Source: Phoronis australis
Lineage: Eukaryota; Animalia; Phoronida
NCBI GenBank assembly: GCA_002633005.1
Contig: NMRA01001081.1
Location: forward strand, 1-58,855
Reading direction: 5' to 3'
Length of the DNA: 58,855 bases
The notes under the pieces were generated by a model, which had not been told where the DNA came from, made no database searches, and saw only the letters and a list, made by a program, of their open reading frames with translations. This document shows, piece after piece, positions 37,201-49,090 of the stretch. Position 1 is the stretch's first letter. The number at the start of each line of letters is the position of its first letter. The position numbers and the translations under genes are program-made.

Positions 37201-40200
37201 CGCTAGGTCCTCATCATCATCTGATTTCAATCTTCCTAAACGCAGAAGCGAAACTGGGAAAAATCATTTTCCTACAGCGGACCCTTTTTATGTAACTCTC
37301 TCCCTGCAGATGCCAAATCTACATCATCCTTTCGAACCTTTAAAAGAATTATAAGAAATAGATTTAACTTCATGTAGTATCTAAGAATTGCATGTTTATT
37401 CATTTGTTATTTATATAATGTCTTACTTTTATTAATTATTTATTTTCTGTTTTAATTTCTTATATTTATATTTATTTTTTAGTTAATTATCTTGTCTTAA
37501 TTTCTTTATCTTCTATTTATCATATTTCATTTTTTATTTTGCTTCATCAGTCTTTCCGTGTTAATTTCTTATTCTTTGCTTATTACTTAAATTTGTCTTT
37601 CATTTTGTAATTCTGTTTTTTTCTTACTATCTATTTGTTTTTTACTGAGGGCCCCCATGGAAAGCAGTGTGAACTGATGGGGCTACCCTCATTGTAAATA
37701 TTACATTAATAATAATAATAATAATAGTTGCACTGGCAAAATTCGTCAACCTGCCCGCAAGTAAATGCGTGTTTTTTGCCTTCCACCACAATGCATTTAG
37801 GAAATTGTCGTTCGTAACTAAAGTTTCAGACAGAACCAGTCGGCATCAGAAACTTTGATCTTGCTCCTTTTGTGTGAAACAATAGCGAGGACTCCAAGGC
37901 AATAAAACACCGGCTGAAATAAATCAAACTATCGTGGACTAAAACGGGTGATTTTTCAATCAAACTGGCTTCCGTGAAAAAAACATGTTATTGTCGTTTG
38001 TTCCGAAGAAATACGATAAAAATTAACCAAAAAACGACGTCATTGTGCTTACCAAGAGAAGTGTGTTTACTGTAATGCCTGATATACAATTGGTTTATGA
38101 CCTGTGAGTGACGACATAAGATTGCAGAAACGCTTTAAGAATAAAAACTTGTTACAATTACATAAAATGTAACAACTTATTACATTTACGTCATTGTTAC
38201 ACTTTACGTTGCTAAGTCTCTCCTAAAATGTAATAAGTTGTTACATTTTACGGCGTATCACTGCATGTGTTATACACGTTGGGCCGAGTGCACACCTAAT
38301 ATCTTCCTTTTATTGTGACTGTTCAATCGATTCTGTTCGACAGTTTGGACTAAAAGAATAATATTTCTACAAACTCTTGTAGTTTTAAATTAGTATAAAC
38401 ATTCGGAGAATGTTCTTAATTTTCATGACACTTTCATAATGTTCAGGAAAACATTTCAATGGCGGGAAACATGTAATGCACGCATGTCTGCCAGTTGGCC
38501 CTATATCCGAACTTGAGAGCGTGAGCCGAGTAAAACGCTGGGTAATTTTACAACTTACAAGGATGGTGTATACCGGAATTGCCGCTCCGAAGAGTGGGGG
38601 TTTCACTGTTGACAAAAGGATATCATCTGGCGATTGAATTCCTTACAGGAGGTATCAGGAAAAAGGGTCCAGTTTTGCTTCGGAATCCTCACATTTTTCA
38701 TATTCTATTTAGGTTTGGTGGGTGAATTATAATTTTTATTTGATTGATTAAGCCATTTGTTGTGGTAAAACCTAGCCAAAAGTGAAGCGTCAAAGGAACA
38801 AACATCTACGACGTGTTGACTTTTTCGCAAACCCTTTAAAAATGACGACAACTCTCCAGATGAAATTTTATAATTATGCTAACTCTCTAGAAGAGTAGTT
38901 AGCTTTGTTTTTCAGCGGCGCATTCCATCAAAGCGAATGAGAGTAATATTATTTATCCCGCGCACGTTGAATCTGTCGAGGGAAATACGGCCATGAAATA
39001 AAGTTTTCCGTATTCACCTCCCGCATTACTTTAACAACGACCTCTGACATGGAAAGTTCAAAAGGTAGGTCAATGTCGACTCGACGTCTTCAGCCGGTTC
39101 GATCATCAAACTTTCCGAATATAGTTTTAAGTATCACAGTATAACTAATACTCGACATGCAACCACAGGCGTCCTCATCTTCTGTTATCTATCAGACATT
39201 TGCTAAAATCAAGCCCACTGACTTAACCAGTAAAATACGTCGTTTCATGTGGGCTTTAACTTTGGCAACAGCGTTAGACTGTGACTACTGGATTGCACTG
39301 GATTCGAAAACGCCCTACGGCTGATCTGATGATTCGGATGCTAGTGTGTATGATTTGTATTCGTATTTGTGATTTTGTGGCTCGTGCGCATGATTTTTTT
39401 GTATGCACGATCATCATGGGTTCGTAGGTGGTTCGTGCGTGAGATGCGATGCTCGTGCGTGTTTTTCTATGTCCCTGTAAATAATCGGAAAATGTTTGCA
39501 GCGTCAAGTTCATTGGAGGCACAGTGACTGAATTGCTCGATAAAGATGATGGTCCTGTGAATGGTGTCCAGTATCGGAGCGCTGAAACCAATGAAGTGAA
39601 GGTAACGTGCGAGGGAGTGGACAGTAAAAGAGGTCTGTTGACTCAGATGAGCTAGTTTAGTAGCATGTAACATGTGGAAAGGATAGTTTAACTTATTTGG
39701 CCGTTGATGGTTCACAGCGTTCATTAGTACACTCAGTTTTGAATGAAAAATAATTCTTGTTGGTCAAAACTAATTCGAGTAACCCTTCGTGTTAAGTTGT
39801 GGAGTAGATATTGAAGGACCTGCCGTCACCATACATCCTGAGTGTACGGTGACGTAACACCCAGTAAAGAAATATGTAGGTCATTGCTAAGAATATTCTT
39901 AAGCAATTCTTATCGAGAAAGTCGAAATAAAACAGCTCAGAAGCATACTTAAACGCATCACAGGATTCTTGCACTAAAATTGTTTTAATAAAAGTTCTTT
40001 CGGCGTTGTAAAAGTTCATGTGGTGTGTCACCTTAAGTGTTTTGTTAAAGGGTTTCGCTGCGAGGGGAAAAATTCTGCGGTGCGTGGTAAGGGTTCCATT
40101 AAAACTTCCCTTTTAAAACGTAGACATGACATCTCAGTTTTGTATGGTGAGTGACGATGGCTCCTTACCCGGTGAGGGAATTCGACTACCGCCCTTGACA

Positions 40201-43200
40201 ATTACACGACTACTTTCTAGGAAATTCATGCCGCCCTTACGGTAGTTGCTGACGGTCGATATTCCAAATTTCGCAAGGCACTGACGCGCGAGAGTCCCGT
40301 GAGCGATCACGTTGTTGTTGGTATGATCTTCGACGGACCTATAGAAGATGAAGACAGGAAGAACATAAAGTTGTACAGCTTCAAAAATTTGCCATACTAC
40401 ATGTCATTGTACAGCATTTCTGACACAGAATACCGAGGAATGGCTTGGATCCCAGACGGTGCAATAAAAAACGTGCAGGAATTCCTTGTTAACGAAATTG
40501 TTCCCAGAATGCCTGGTAAGTTTTTCGTCGAAAATGCTGATGTTTATAGATTTTTTCTAATGAACTGTAATTTTTCATAGTTCAGATTTTGAAACTCAAT
40601 AACATTCATTTTCTTTCATGGATTGTGGCCAGCCTTTATATTTACGGTACACTGACTTGTTTGAAATCTGAAAAGTGGTGTGCTTTTAAATTATTTTGGA
40701 GGAAGCATTTTATTGTTAGATGCTTGTCGTGTTTGTGGTTTGTGTGTTGTACATTCTTTTAATAAACAAGCGGGCCATTCTCACCACTAAAGTCAGTGTT
40801 TTAGCGATACTGCTGTGCTAGTACTTTCCGATCAAGATGAGATAAATTTAGTGGCACACTCATCAGCAAGACCGACTAATTACTCTCTCAACGAGGTCTC
40901 CGTTGTTTAGTTTAAAGGCGAAGGCAACCTTTTTCCATGTCATTTTGAGCTAAAATAAGGTTGGTTGGTTATCCTAGACATATTTTCCACTTAATTACAG
41001 CTTTTCGTAATTTTATTAATTACTCGTCCGCTACTCCGGAAGTGACGTTTTAGGAGGCAAGCNNNNNNNNNNNNNNNNNNNNNNNNNNNNNNNNNNNNNN
41101 NNNNNNNNNNNNNNNNNNNNNNNNNNNNNNNNNNNNNNNNNNNNNNNNNNNNNNNNNNNNNNNNNNNNNNNNNNNNNNNNNNNNNNNNNNNNNNNNNNNN
41201 NNNNNNNNNNNNNNNNNNNNNNNNNNNNNNNNNNNNNNNNNNNNNNNNNNNNNNNNNNNNNNNNNNNNNNNNNNNNNNNNNNNNNNNNNNNNNNNNNNNN
41301 NNNNNNNNNNNNNNNNNNNNNNNNNNNNNNNNNNNNNNNNNNNNNNNNNNNNNNNNNNNNNNNNNNNNNNNNNNNNNNNNNNNNNNNNNNNNNNNNNNNN
41401 NNNNNNNNNNNNNNNNNNNNNNNNNNNNNNNNNNNNNNNNNNNNNNNNNNNNNNNNNNNNNNNNNNNNNNNNNNNNNNNNNNNNNNNNNNNNNNNNNNNN
41501 NNNNNNNNNNNNNNNNNNNNNNNNNNNNNNNNNNNNNNNNNNNNNNNNNNNNNNNNNNNNNNNNNNNNNNNNNNNNNNNNNNNNNNNNNNNNNNNNNNNN
41601 NNNNNNNNNNNNNNNNNNNNNNNNNNNNNNNNNNNNNNNNNNNNNNNNNNNNNNNNNNNNNNNNNNNNNNNNNNNNNNNNNNNNNNNNNNNNNNNNNNNN
41701 NNNNNNNNNNNNNNNNNNNNNNNNNNNNNNNNNNNNNNNNNNNNNNNNNNNNNNNNNNNNNNNNNNNNNNNNNNNNNNNNNNNNNNNNNNNNNNNNNNNN
41801 NNNNNNNNNNNNNNNNNNNNNNNNNNNNNNNNNNNNNNNNNNNNNNNNNNNNNNNNNCTCCACTGCTTTGTACGTTGCGTGGACGGGTAACGCTGCGTTC
41901 TTCACACGAACGAGCCAAGTACGGCGAAGTGTGTCATCATCGGAAAGCGATGAAAAGGCACTCCCAAAGCGCGCGTGAGCCGATAATTAGTACATTCCGG
42001 TACGCAGCAACAGTGTGGCATGTTGACTGACTAGTAAATGAAAGCAAACGACGACGGAACTTAACATAACCGAGGTACAACAATGACTGACTCGGCAGCT
42101 CTCACAGTCAGACTACATGAAAAGAAATTGGCGCGAAATGCTTGCCTCCTAAAACGTCACTTCTGCAGTAGCTGACGAGTAATTAATAAAATTACGAAAA
42201 GCTGTAATTAAGTGGAAAATATGTCTAGGATAACCAACCAACCTTATTTTAGCTCAAAATGACATGGAAAAAGGTTGTCTTCGCCTTTAAGGTTCAAGTA
42301 CATTAAGGGGATATACATAGGTACAGTGACTGGTGACGAGGCTCTCTCCACAAATTGTTCACCAACTAAAAATAATATTTGAGAATAAAACCGTGAATTA
42401 TATCTGGGAAAATTTCGTGATTTAGTTTCAGAATACGACGTCATTCCTTCGATTCGTCTTTGCTCCTTCATCATGTAGTCGGACCTATAATTCAAACATT
42501 TTCTTCATTCATTTTATTATTCTTCCATTTTCAAAAATCTAGCACACCCTGTGAAAATGACCAGTGATCAAATCCCTGGACTTTTAATACATTTTATATC
42601 GACGATAGTCTTATATACTTTATATGGATCTGCATAGTTTTTATCTCCAGCGACTGGTGTTAAAGCGACATACACCCGCCTTCAATCAAACAAAAAACAT
42701 TTAGTTCATCATATCAGACTACGTATAGAGGTCGCATTGTAACAACGTGTCATTTGATGGCCTCTTCATCTGTCAGTTTTTCCAAGAGTAAAACACCACT
42801 TCTCTTTTGAGTAAGGGACATATTGAAACCAGAAACTTACAGAGGAAAGTGGTCTCGATTAAAATTTTGTCTCTTTGACAGAACGGGGCTTATAACTACT
42901 TTAAGTGTTAATTTTGTGTGGTCACGTTAATGAGCACACCGGAGATAATTAGGCAGAATAGTCCATGTATTCAGGCTTAAGTATGTCTTCAGGACCTTCA
43001 TCGCTCTTTTAATGACATTCCAGAGAGACTACAAGAGCCGCTTCGCCTTGGCATTTTAAAGAATGGCCTTCGAACATGTCGGGCGAACTATCTTCCCTCC
43101 CAACGCGTCGTAGTTCCCGGTCTTTTACTGCTGGGAGACGCGCTGGGTATGCGTCATCCTGTTTCAGCTAGCGGTATGACCATTTGTTTCCAAGACGTCG

Positions 43201-46200
43201 TCCGATGGACTGAGCTTCTGTCCGAGGTACCAGACCTCTACGACTATGAAAAAATGATGTTGGCTTGTGACAGCTTCTTCACACAGAGGAAGCCAAGTGT
43301 GTTGACTATGAGTTGCCTGACCGAGATCATGAACAATGTCTTTAGTTCAACTGACGGTAGGTGTGATTTGTCCATTTATTTGTTTTTGAGAATGTTATGA
43401 TAAGGGAGCCTACACAGTCTACGTCTGCTGATTTGACAAGCTCTCCCATAAAATTTGTTTGAAAACAGTTATTGTTATTTACTATCATAACACCTCCTCA
43501 AGGGAGAACGAGATAAAATACAATGAATAACAGACAATAGACAAATTAAAACTAAATTAAATCACCTGGTTAAGAGTCTCAGAAGACAAACTCAACCGAC
43601 GCCGGATTACGGATATTATTCGAACGAAAGAGGAGTCTCCCACAACACCATCATTACACTCAAATGACATGAGACGCCGTGGGACAGACGATCGACACAA
43701 CAGACCATGCCGATTATTTTAGCTGGGAGGGTCCCTGGAACAACTACTACATTATACAAGTATATTGATTAGTAGGTATATACACAGGCGTGTACACGGA
43801 GCGTCTACACGTCAGACGCGCATAAATAAACCAGCAGTAGAATTATTAATAACCGGCTGAACACTCGAGATGCCAAGGGCACTCACTAATAAGGTATGGC
43901 GATTTCTGCCACCTACCGGCAGAACTGCATTACAACACTGCCGTGAATTTTCCAGTTTACATAAACAAAAAAGATAAAAAATTGGAGGGGAACCAACGTT
44001 TGTATCTTTACATGATTGACCTGTGTTTACGATGGAGCTCACAACCGCTATTTTAATTTACTTTATTTTAGGTTTAATCGCAATTTTCTGGGTTTTCAGG
44101 AGTCTGACACAGTTCTATATAATTTCATTTAGCTTTCACTTCGCAGTTTTTCGTTTCACGAAGCGACGTAGTAAAGTTAATACTAATTTGAATTCTTAAA
44201 CAAGTTGTAAATACTGTCATATCTTTCATAATGTGTGCATCATTCATAAAACATCTAAAATGACACTGACCGAGTTCACCAGAACATCATATAAACGTAA
44301 AGATCATTAAAAATCCACTTTCTTGACGTTCTCGGAACAGCAGTGGAATGGCACTAAACTTTGCTTTTCATAAAATCAAGAAAACTGGTAACAAAAATGT
44401 AAATAACTTACAAAACAAGACTGCTTACGAAATGTTCCTATTTGCGCTACATCTTTCGATAAATTCGTTTGGTGTTTTATATGAGTGAAAAACAAAGGGA
44501 AGGGAACGTTTAAGGAAGGTGCACTGTAGTAATTTAGACCCTTTCTCTTAGACTGCGTTGTTAACACAAGTCTCCAGGAGGGGCAGTGGTATCACTGACA
44601 GTCCACCACGCATGTGCAAGATATGGCACCTACTCAGTTATACAACTAGTCTGACATAGGGTCATGATATGAAAAAAATATTTAAACTTAAGTTAATAAT
44701 AAAATGGTGCAAGATGAATTAATATGTACAATTTTAAGAAAGAAATTTGAAACAAACTATTAAAAATAAACAAAGAAAAGTTTTAGATTATTATGTAAAA
44801 TTATTAAATATTACCGGGGTACTTGGACTTGGATAAATTGAAATAATTAATTTGACGGATGTCAATATCGAGATTGTTCCGTAGCAACGCTCCAACGTGG
44901 GGAAAAAGAATGTTTGCCAAAATTAATTCATGAGGACATTTGAAATGATTAGAACTGGTTCTATTGTCTGAGAAACATGTGTTTGTGACTATTTATTTGC
45001 AGGTTTTGGGAAAATGAGTATGCTGAACTATTTCAAACTTGGAGGCAAGTGTTCAGAAGAGCCAGGTCTGATGTTCTCTGCGTTAGTATATTTGCAATAG
45101 ATTCTCAGTAGTAGTAGAAGAAAGCTTTCCATGTAAAAGCCGACGACTCGTATTACAATAAAAAACAAGGAAGGTGTGAAAATGATAACCCCTCAATACG
45201 TAGTTTTCGCTTCCTGGGAAGAATCTGCGTATGCTTTTTTATGCACCCACGTATCTATATGTGAGTGCGCATTGCCGTCATCTCTGCCTGGGGATCCGGC
45301 GGCCAGGAGTCCGTCGTCCATATCATAAGATTTGGCAGATAAGTTCCTATGAAGCTGACGAAGAATGACGACGAATTTAGGACCGATCCGACAACCACTG
45401 TGCCCTAGCTTTCTTTTGTGTATTTGGATGGATTTTCATGAAATTTAGCAAATAAAAACTATTTAGGAGACGACGACACTTTTCCATTTTTGGACGATTC
45501 CACCTGGTGGCCATTTTTAAAAATTTTTAAGTCGAGTTTTTTTGGCGTCCGTCTTTCTATCTGCCAAAGCGCTTAAAAATCGTTAGAGAAATAGCCAGAT
45601 GTGTTCCTAATGAGGAGACCCCATATGACGTTGATTTTTCGGTCGAGTTTCACTACTCTGGCGTCCCCTAGTGGGGATTTTTTTTCTTCCGCAGCTATAT
45701 CTCCTTAACCCTTAACCAAGAATTTTGTGATGCCAGGCAGTCTTGTTCCTATGGAGATATTAACAAAAGATGACGACTTTCAAATCCAGCCGACAATTGG
45801 TGTGCCCCCCTTGTGTCAGTTTTTGCGTATTCCTGTGTATCGCCGGAGTTCTTTGATGGGTTTTTATGAAACTTGGCAAATTGATTTCTATTACGGATAT
45901 GATAATGTCTTCCCATTTTCGGACAGATTTGACGTATTGAGGGCTACCTAATTTGGGGGGTTTATAAAAATTTCGAGTCCGGTCTTGGTGTCCGCCTCTC
46001 TATGCACCAAAACGCTCGAGTGGCACTTTTTGCGTATGAGGGTCTGTCTCCTTAACCCATTGCAAGATCTTTGTTAAATTTAGCGAATGTGTTCCTATGA
46101 AACTGAAAAGGGATTACCACAAGTTTCAGACTAATCTGATTATCGCTGTGCCCCCTAATGCCAGTTTTAGTTTTTCTCGTTTGCCTCTGTATCTTCAGAA

Positions 46201-47326
46201 TTCATTGATTGATTTTTGTGAAATTTTGCAAATAGGTTTTTATTACGTGATAAAAAATAAACATGACCAAGGTTGTGGCTTTACATAGAATTTCTATGCT
46301 AGGACTACACTGTCATGGTGGCTCTTTGTTGCTAGAGGCTCTTTTGGAAATCCTCAGTATCAATTTACTGCACAAAACTGATGTGGCTAAGATTAGAGCG
46401 CACGCGATAGTTGTCTGCCTAATACGAAGGATGTTCCAGTAAAAACACATCTTATTTTAATTCTTTCATCTAATTAACCATATAGAAAAAGACACATTGT
46501 TGCCCTACAATACTATGATGTCAGAATCTCACTGATCTGTAAATAATCTTTAGAATGAAAAACGTAGATCAAATTATTACGAGGAACAAACGGACGTATG
46601 AATTAGCTATCGGCCGGGCCACTGGGCAGTATCAAGACAAATAAAAGGGAGGGTGTTAACGAGTTGTGTAAAGAGTCGCTGATCATTTGCCAACTAGTTA
46701 CGAACACAAAGATGAACACTCTTACATTGACACTGAGCATATTATAGAGAACTGAACTGCAATGACACCTCGCGGCGTATATGTAAACTATACTAGCTAT
46801 AAATTGTGGGGGAGCGAACGTTTGTCTTAACCCATGCCAAATGACGTCGTATGGATGTCGCAAGGTATTGTTTGATTTGCGAGATCCGTGCGACCGGCGT
46901 AAGCGCGTCGCATGGTTATCTCCTATGGGACAATTCCATTGTTTTACTTTGTTGCGTCTTTGTTGAACACAACAATACAGGTCGCATGGATATAGTACCG
47001 TGGTCGCACATCAGCCCGTTACCGATTAATGCTTGCTATTATCTTTATTATAAGAAAACAAAAACAAAGTGAACAGTGGATAGGCCTATCTATCGATATC
47101 TATGCGACGAGCAGAAGTCACTTATTTTTCATTGTGTAATTCCAGATACATAACATCCCCTGTTACTCTCATCAAACACCTAGCAGCCAGCACGTTGTAC
47201 AGCAGCTACAAAACGCTCATCAAGAAACCTCTGTGGAACCCCACTGGCGTCTTCGATGCAGTTAACGTTCTGATAAACGGCACGAAAGGAATTCTCAAAT
47301 ACGTTTTGCAAGAGATAAAAGTTTAA
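28182..47326 (+). CDS. SQLE: Squalene monooxygenase/epoxidase-like FAD monooxygenase, divergent, whole gene: join(28182-28274,29526-29742,30127-30289,39502-39601,40221-40515,43024-43356,45003-45081,47146-47326), 486 aa
   Basis: The 1461-nt spliced frame is open with matching phases (0,1,2,0,1,1,2). Motifs VIVGAGILG, VIER, GE.L.PGG, FHH.KF..ALR, EIHAALTVVADG.YSKFRK, LLLGDA..MRHP, PDLYD and YFKLGG.C are collinear with animal SQLE. Confidence 0.88.
29526..29742 (+). CDS. SQLE: SQLE-like exon 2 (Rossmann GxGxxG)
   Basis: DADIVIVGAGILGTTLAISMARNGRQVAVIER...GEVLMPGGRKALHKLGLA; ttttag acceptor, gtatag donor. Confidence 0.9.
30127..30289 (+). CDS. SQLE: SQLE-like exon 3
   Basis: GVIAEIEGAV...IGFHHEKFLTALRERAKQEK; tttcag acceptor, gtaagt donor. 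Confidence 0.88.
30976..31241. mobile_element. Short CCGGGGG...CCTCCTGG MITE
   Basis: G-run/C-run termini; flanks ctgacacgg / cttacacag (7/9). Confidence 0.45.
31268..31410. repeat. (TAT/TAC)n low-complexity microsatellite
   Basis: Repeated attact/ataactgct/ttatca triplet runs. Confidence 0.7.
31732..31916. mobile_element. Short CCGGGGGG...CCCCCGG MITE
   Basis: Inverted termini with direct flanks tccagtta / tccagttt (8-9 bp TSD). Confidence 0.65.
32618..34971 (+). mobile_element. Insertion at a duplicated TTAA inside the hAT ORF (Kolobok-like left end), containing two decayed THAP domains
   Basis: TTAA at 32614-32617 and 34972-34975. Removing the insert restores hAT ...ESLIL-K-ATSRE... Left end is AGGCGAATGCC. 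THAP relics at ~32791-32975 and 34288-34530. No clean right TIR; N gap inside. Confidence 0.7.
34288..34530 (+). pseudogene. THAP11/Ronin-like THAP zinc finger relic
   Basis: With one frameshift and three stops it reads GGYTCCVPG/CYNTS*RNKKFSYYLFPKDQELR*TWVRDIGRAGSKGRLREFFPTS*HKVCSAHFEGGKKTYLRNCPTISP. Confidence 0.75.
37030..37727 (+). mobile_element. CR1/L2-group LINE 3' end with (AAT)n tail
   Basis: QVIQNRAAR...MYKC...PSYL and LPK..SETGK.SFSYSGP...NSLP fragments, an AT-rich 3' UTR and an aataataat tail. Confidence 0.7.
39502..39601 (+). CDS. SQLE: SQLE-like exon 4
   Basis: NVKFIGGTVTELLDKDDGPVNGVQYRSAETNEVK; ttgcag acceptor, gtaacg donor. Confidence 0.88.
40221..40515 (+). CDS. SQLE: SQLE-like exon 5 (DG motif)
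   Basis: EIHAALTVVADGRYSKFRKAL...LYSISDTEYR...EIVPRMP; ttctag acceptor, gtaagt donor. Confidence 0.9.
40916..42286 (-). mobile_element. Kolobok-type non-autonomous element, copy 2 (interior mostly N gap)
   Basis: TTAA|AGGCGAAGGCAACC...GGTTGTCTTCGCCT|TTAA with perfect TSD. Minus-strand THAP start MPHCCCVPECTNY...FHRFP..DDTLRRTWL at 42021. Same family as 25574-26912, opposite orientation. Confidence 0.85.
43024..43356 (+). CDS. SQLE: SQLE-like exon 6 (GD motif)
   Basis: ERLQEPL...PGLLLLGDALGMRHPVSASGMTICFQDV...VPDLYD...VFSSTD; ttccag acceptor, gtaggt donor. Confidence 0.9.
45003..45081 (+). CDS. SQLE: SQLE-like exon 7
   Basis: GFGKMSMLNYFKLGGKCSEEPGLMFS; ttgcag acceptor, gttagt donor. Confidence 0.85.
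45220..46330. repeat. Unclassified interspersed repeat with internal sub-repeats (related to 11190-12330)
   Basis: Shares gttcctatg, gattttcatgaaattt, gtgccccct and ctgtatct motifs with 11190-12330. Boundaries approximate. Confidence 0.5.
47146..47326 (+). CDS. SQLE: SQLE-like exon 8 (C-terminal membrane-associated helices, stop)
   Basis: YITSPVTLIKHLAASTLYSSYKTL...LQEIKV*; ttccag acceptor in phase 2. Collinear with the SQLE 'P..LI.HF.A...Y..Y' tail. Confidence 0.8.
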
Positions 47327-48936
47327 TATGTCAATGGGGGTATATGCGATTTTGACAACAATAAGTTTGTATTGATAAGTTACGCGTACGTGCTTAACGT
47401 ACACTTTTGCATTTAAACCTAAATATTAAATCTTTATGAATACATGGATAAAAACTAGCTGTGCTTTTTTATCGGCAAATACAGTCATAGTCATTGCATT
47501 GATTATACGTTTGTTTTAGGGAGTTAAAATACTAGATAGGCACGGTCTTCAAGTAGCCCAGTTTGTGTTTTTCTTTGTCAGAAAAACAACAATTATTTAA
47601 ACTCGTTTGCAAACGAGAGCTGTTGCAGGAACACCGTTCCCGAGTCGTGCGACGTAGGACGCATTCTATGGTCAAGTCCATGACTTTCATTTTAGAATTC
47701 ACAGATTGAATCAACCGTAATGAGTGATCCTGGGAAACAACGGATTTGGCATTACTTCGCTTAGCTTTTAAAGCCGTGCTATTTCTCTGTAAGTAAAATG
47801 TGTTTGACTCGCAACGTAAATCGAGGAGGCTTGTAAACGACCAGGCGTAAGTAAATTTATTGAGACATTTAATTTTGTACTTTACAGCTTGGAATAGGAA
47901 TTCAGGGTTGTTGTGTTCTGAATTTTTTATAGATATTTGGCTATGTGCGCGAACTTACCAATAGGTTGTAATTGAATTCTTAAAAGAAACTGGTATACGT
48001 TGAACGGTGCCGTCATTATCATGCGATATGGAAAAATGAATAAAGTCGGCACACTCAGTTTTCTGCAATTCAAATTTACGACATAGTCGTACACGGTAGG
48101 ACTGAAATAACGCTTGTAGTGCTGTGAATTTGTCCAACCCTCATATCTTTTGTATCAAAATATCCGCGTTCTTATTTAAAGAATAAACGCTTGATACAGT
48201 TGAAAACGTGTGTTAGTTGATTTACTTTTTTAATATGTTGTAGAAAGTATATAAAGCGTCGGCTGTCATCATTCTCATTGCTATCGTCGTCACTATAATT
48301 TGATCATTGCTGAGGCGAACTGCATATGTCTTATTAGCTTCCGACAGATGGTTTGGAAACTCCCAAATTTACGAGATGGTAATGAGTTTGCGGCACAAAA
48401 TGGTCAACAAACTGCATGTCTTATGCAGTCTTATCTTTTTATGTGGACGTATTATGTTGTCATCCTCGTCCGTCTGTCCGTTCCGATGGATGTGCAAGAC
48501 CAAATTAAATAAAAATAACTTAAGACCGAAATTTATCACGTCAGGACTGAAAGTATATTACGTCAGAGCCTATAATTTATCATCACGTCAGGACCGAAAA
48601 TGCCAGAAAATTGTCGCGTAAGATCGTGTGACTATCCACAAATATTGACCCCACAAAGTGATGACCTTAGTGCAGAGTGTTTAATTCCTGAATAGAAAAT
48701 ATGTGTCCTGAAAATTTTCGGCTTTCCATAGATCCCAAACAGTGAGTTTTGTGGCCGATGATGCTACTACAGACCATACTCTGGAGTTAAAAACGCCAAC
48801 TTTCTTCACAGTCTTATTCAAAGCAAGGTCATCGCATTCTTATCTTTTGTTCGAATTTAAACTGACAAATGGTCTGGGATTCCCTCAACGGCTACTTTGT
48901 GACTCAAACTAACTCGCCGTGACAAGTATTTTAACA

Positions 48937-49090
48937 AGCGTGGTCTGAAGCAATAATGGGCGTGGTCTGAAGCAATGACGGACGTGGTTTGAAGCAATAA
49001 TGAACGTGGTCTGAAGCAGTGACGGACGTGGTTTGACGCAATAATGGGCGTGGTCTGAACCAATAATGGGCGTGGTCTGAAACAATAGTG
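48937..49090. repeat. 22-bp minisatellite x~7 (cgtggtctgaagcaataatggg)
   Basis: Direct tandem copies visible in the sequence. Confidence 0.9.

Larger units (their letters stand above)
30787..38260. mobile_element. Outer TG...CA element with TIRs and subterminal TTGTTACATTTTACG repeats, host of several nested insertions
   Basis: Left TGATACGAGATAAAATGTAACAA versus reverse complement of the right end TGATACGCCGTAAAATGTAACAA. Flanks gtgcat / ctgcat match 5/6 (possible 6-bp TSD). Confidence 0.65.

Noticed and set aside
40991-41918. ~300-aa ORFs
   Set aside because: Almost entirely N gap.
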